DNA from: Rotaria magnacalcarata
Lineage: Eukaryota
Reading direction: 5' to 3'
Assembly (NCBI GenBank): GCA_905261645.1
Contig: CAJNOV010001315.1
Span: 1 to 24,243, forward strand
Length of the DNA stretch: 24,243 nucleotides
The translations under genes and the position numbers were made by a program. Positions 20,053 through 24,243 of the stretch are shown piece by piece (position 1 is the stretch's first letter; each line of letters starts with the position of its first letter). The notes under the pieces were generated by a model. The model saw only the letters and a program-made list of their open reading frames with translations. It made no database searches and was not told the origin of the DNA.

Positions 20053-22793
20053 CTAAAATATATTGTTTTTGTTCTTCTTCCTAACGACAGCCGAAGAGAC
20101 AGATTTTTTCCAACCGTAAAATATAGGCGTGCCAGTTTTCATTCAGAGCATGGCAAGCAGCAATAAAGACACCTATCGACTCGATTATTTTGCACTCAGA
20201 GGAAAAAACGGTATCATACTGAACCTTTTAAGGTTCTAGATTTGGGTACCATTTTCAGAGACATTTAAGGTTCAAGCAAAATCTGGTTCTAGCTGGAACC
20301 TTTTCCTATTTCTTCCAAAAATGGTTCTAGAGTAGTATAATGTAGTCCACCACACTCAATTAGTCTAGTACTCCAGACTAATGCTTTTTCCAACCGTTAA
20401 TTTAATATTTAATCCCTTTTTCCTAACCTTAACCCTTATTTCTATGTGTTATATTTACCTAGATTTGTTATGAGTAGAATAACAAAACATATGCTTCGTT
20501 TCATTCAACAATTCATAAAAATGTTGCACCATGTGAAATGAATTTTATCTAGTATAAATCAGTACCTGAAATTCTGTCTAATTTCATAAACTCTTTTAAC
20601 AATGATAAAAAATCAGTCTGAGAATTTCTCGTACGTCTTGAAATCCTTATTTGAACAAGTTTTTATAAAATCCTCGTATATTTCCACGAGATTTTCTTCT
20701 CTTTAGAGGAGTCTTTAGGAGAACCTCTAGAAGTTTATATACTGATTTCTACTGAATAGTTTTTATTTCACTTTATGAAAGTTTTCTATTAATTTTCAAG
20801 TGAATTCGAGTATATTTTCAGCGGGGAAAAGGTCATCTGTGAGTATCCTACAATAAGTCACCCAAAAATATTCTAGGAGATACTATGTTAACTCTTGCAG
20901 AACTTTACGGCATTTATTATGTCCCTCATTTTTGTCACAGAAAGTGTTCTATGAAATTCTACTGCAGTCAAAATATCAGCTTTCTAGCACAATTTCTTCA
21001 TGGAATATCTATATTCATATAGTAATGCAAAAATGATCATTTTGCTGTGTATCTGTTAGTATTGATGAGCTTGTTTTTTACGATTATTATATCAAGTTAA
21101 GGCTTGTACACACACTGAGCAGCTCAAGTAAAACAGATGTATTTTCGCTGGAATATGTTTGTAATGAATGACCGAATAATTGTGTTCTTTTGAGGGTAAC
21201 GTTCTCAGCAATATTTACGTACTTTGGGAACTAAGCAGTATGTTTGTCAACAATTTACGTCAAAAGTCTTAAAACTTTTATTTCCACTACATATTTCAAC
21301 ATAATAAAACTGTAACAACTTTGATTGAAGACAAATTCAGTGATGTTGCATGAGTATTGACTTATAAAACGGCATAAATGAACTTCTACCTGTGGTACTT
21401 AGTAATTGTTACATCACCGTTTTTGTCCAAGAAACAAAATTTGATTCGTGATTACGTCATGGCACTTTCAGATGCTTTCTATTTTCATGATATTCTCGTA
21501 TCCGGGATACGCTAGCGATCCATACGATCTATAACTACGCACTTACTCAATATTAAAAATAAGCCAAGATACCGTTGCATATGGCTGTGTTGTATTTGAA
21601 GATGTTTTAAAGAAGAAGAAGAAGAAAGGAAGCAAGGAGAACAAGAGTTTCACAATAGTTATAAAAAGTACGAAGTCGTGGAATTATCTACTTGTTCTTT
21701 GCTCTGAATCATATCTGCAACAGAAAGGAAAAAATGATTAAAAATATCAAATTACAAGAGATCTCGCCACAATTTACTTTTCATTCATGTCAATCCTAAA
21801 ATAGTGAAATTTGTCATATAAAGTTCGCTATAATCATGGGTAACAACACTTTCGAATGGATTGAATTTATTCTGATGAGAGTGAAATAATTAAGGAAATT
21901 GTTTTTCTCGTCATTCTGAAATTCGCATTCAATTACTTGCAACAACGAACTTATTTTATTCATGATAAAACCTGAAATGGTAGCTCATCATTATTCTTGT
22001 CAGATAGGTCTTGCTGCATTTTCGAATACTTGCGAGTTAAACTTTAACTATTGTTTTTTTTAAACTTAATATTTACCTGGTGGGTGTTGCTGAAGATATA
22101 ACTTTTATTCGTACTCATTCACCCCTCAAGGATTTTCTTTTCTTGTATATAAATATTTTTCAAGCAAACAATTAATGTAGTATAAATTATATATAAAAAT
22201 AGATGCATTCTGTTATAGGTGTTTCTTTTTCGCTAGAGTTATTTTTGAAAGGTAGAGCAGATGCTTCTCCATTTACATTTGACGTTTCTGAAATCAGTAG
22301 TTAATGCATTAGAAAGGAGAGATTTATTCTCTCTCGTACATGCTTTTTTAACGAGTATACAGGTTTGATAAGTATATAGATAGATAAGCCTTCTTTTGTA
22401 TAGAATATTTTTACTCAGAGTTACAGCTCTGCGTAAAAGCTTTTCTCCCTTCTGTTTTTTGTGTGTTGCAATATTTTGTATCAAAATTATTTCTGATTAA
22501 AAGATTGACATTAACACTTTATTTCTATACAACTTACAGTCGGCATTTGCGTCAATGAAGTATTGTTCCTTGTTAGGCCCCCATAGACCTTCTAATACTT
22601 TTACGAATTATTCGATGTTATATTTTCTATGAGATTTTCTCCCACGAAGTTTCGATCTATGATACAGGATTTTGGACTACAACTTGAATTCAATAGTTGT
22701 TCTTCCATTTGTTTATTAGATAACACATGAGCTTAGAATCATTGTCTTCTTGTACAGTCGAACTATTCGAGTGATCTATTTAATCATTCTGAG

Positions 22794-23093
22794 TAGGGGT
22801 ATGACAGTTCAGTTCTAGTTCCGTTCAAAAGAACTGTTCGGGCAGATCAGATCAGATCTAAGAACTGTTAGGATCTACACTAGGAAGATGTCTATATCGA
22901 TATAGGCGTCTCTTTTGGGATCTGATCTGAACTGTTCGAACAGATCAGATCAGATCTAAAGATCTGTTCAAACAGTTCTCATGATCTGATCTGTTCGAGC
23001 AGTTCTTTCGCTCAATTGATCTGATCTGATCTGTTCGAACAGTTCTTTCGCTCAATTGATCTGAACTTAGATCTGAGAACTGTCATACCCCTA
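22794..23093. mobile_element. 300-bp hAT-like MITE with 8-bp TSD ATTCTGAG (22786-22793 and 23094-23101)
   Basis: TIRs TAGGGGTATGACAGTTC ... GAACTGTCATACCCCTA are perfect. The flanking octamers are identical and fit the nTnnnnAn pattern typical of hAT insertions. The interior is built from GATCTGATCTGTTCGAACAGTTC modules. Confidence 0.9.
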
Positions 23094-24079
23094 ATTCTGA
23101 GCCGGAAAAGAAGACCATTTTCATAGATAGTACACATAAAATTTCCATTTAAATTGCGTTAGAATAGGATAAGCTAGCTAAAACCTTGGTAGGAAAAATA
23201 ATTCTACACTTACAGCTTAGAGTATATCTCACAGTACCAACAAATTTAGTAATATCTGGAAATCGACATACTTTTCTCGTCTGCAGTCTAATGTGTTTTC
23301 ATTACTAAATATTATTATGCTGTTTGAATTGTAATTTCTATGTTGACGAGTCTAGAAAAGGCATTTATCGCAATGATTTTTCTTTAGATAGTAACCTCGC
23401 CAAAGATGGACACTAACTACCGAAAATCTCACCCAAGCGACATCGTACAGTGCACTAAAAAGATAGGAGTTAAACGAATCTTTTAGGGTTTCCAGAGACT
23501 TTAGTGTATGCTATCTAGTTTCCTACAACGGAATTGAGGAACTCGCTTAAACTCAAACTCCGTTTCAGCTTCAACTAAGGTTTTTGGAAAATCTTGCTCA
23601 AAGGACAACCGAAAAAGTCATACTATATTCGATTTCATCTTAAAAAGTTGATCTTTCGCGTTAGATTTTTCTCGTTTGTACTGGTTAAGGTACCAAGTGA
23701 AATTTCCTAAGGGACGGGTTCAGTTCCACTTAAGCAACACAATCAGTGTTTGAAAATTCTCGTCATCAGTGGAGGGAGCTCTCAAATAGCTAAAAAAAAC
23801 GCATAGGCCAGACATTTTAGAATGACGGGTTCGAAGTTCCATAGGGGGAGTCGGTGCGAGGATCATCCCGCACACCTACTCACTGACTCCATGACTAAGG
23901 GGTCTATTATAAATGTTCGATTTCCAGAGATGGAACCCATATTGGTTAATGGCTGATCTGCGAGCATGTAGGTGTAGATATTTGGGTTTCAGTCTTCACT
24001 CAAGATAGTACAACTATTTTTTGGAATATATCTGTATCATTTGTTAAATTTGTGAAAAGTATTATATATATATGTCGCA

Positions 24080-24243
24080 GGTGGAACTAAAATTCAGGAA
24101 AATTTAAAATTCTCCTAGGAAAACTTAAAATTTTAATTTCTCCTAGGTGAACTTAAAATTTCAATTTTTACTGGAGTTTTTCAAGGAAAACTTGAAATTT
24201 TAGTTTCTCCTAGGTGAGATTAAAATTTTAATTTCTCCTATAG
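24080..24243. repeat. 28-bp tandem repeat array (unit ~TCTCCTAGGTGAACTTAAAATTTTAATT), continuing past the window end
   Basis: TCTCCTA(GG) occurs at 24111, 24139, 24206 and 24234 (28-bp spacing within pairs), with a degenerate unit between 24167 and 24205. Confidence 0.8.

Noticed and set aside
22980-23060. Closely spaced direct repeats resembling a CRISPR leader region
   Set aside because: They form the interior of a hAT-like MITE with defined TIRs and TSD; only two 40-bp copies, without spacers.

Overview
Eukaryotic, AT-rich window with compact genes (50-90 bp introns), many small inverted-repeat elements and scattered short (TGTGGG)n-like tracts. The gene content fits a bdelloid rotifer, probably a subtelomeric or otherwise TE-rich region; this assignment is inferred from family resemblance, not from a search. 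Supported features: (1) an NHL-repeat protein gene on the minus strand (5304-6855, three exons, with an N-terminal membrane anchor); (2) the C-terminal part of a DUF3605/GIG1-like gene (11619-12111, +), a family best known from fungi; (3) an R-S-ExE ADP-ribosyltransferase fused to TPR repeats (join 13595..14436, 15959..16697, 16748..17176, +), whose catalytic domain is split by a ~1.5 kb intron that no ORF call spans; (4) a decayed SLC5A/SGLT-type sodium:solute symporter (17472-20052, -) with several independent lesions; (5) non-autonomous, MITE-like or foldback elements, two of them with apparent perfect 8-bp target-site duplications (4349-4524 and 22794-23093). Further structures are a 502-bp foldback built from inverted 73-bp repeats, a 739-bp TIR element with a 140-bp internal tandem repeat, GAACGCGTTC clusters near the left edge, and a 28-bp repeat array at the right edge. 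I found no convincing evidence of a completely new multi-gene system. The most interesting items are the DUF3605-like gene, the split ART-TPR gene and the telomere-like tracts next to genes and elements.
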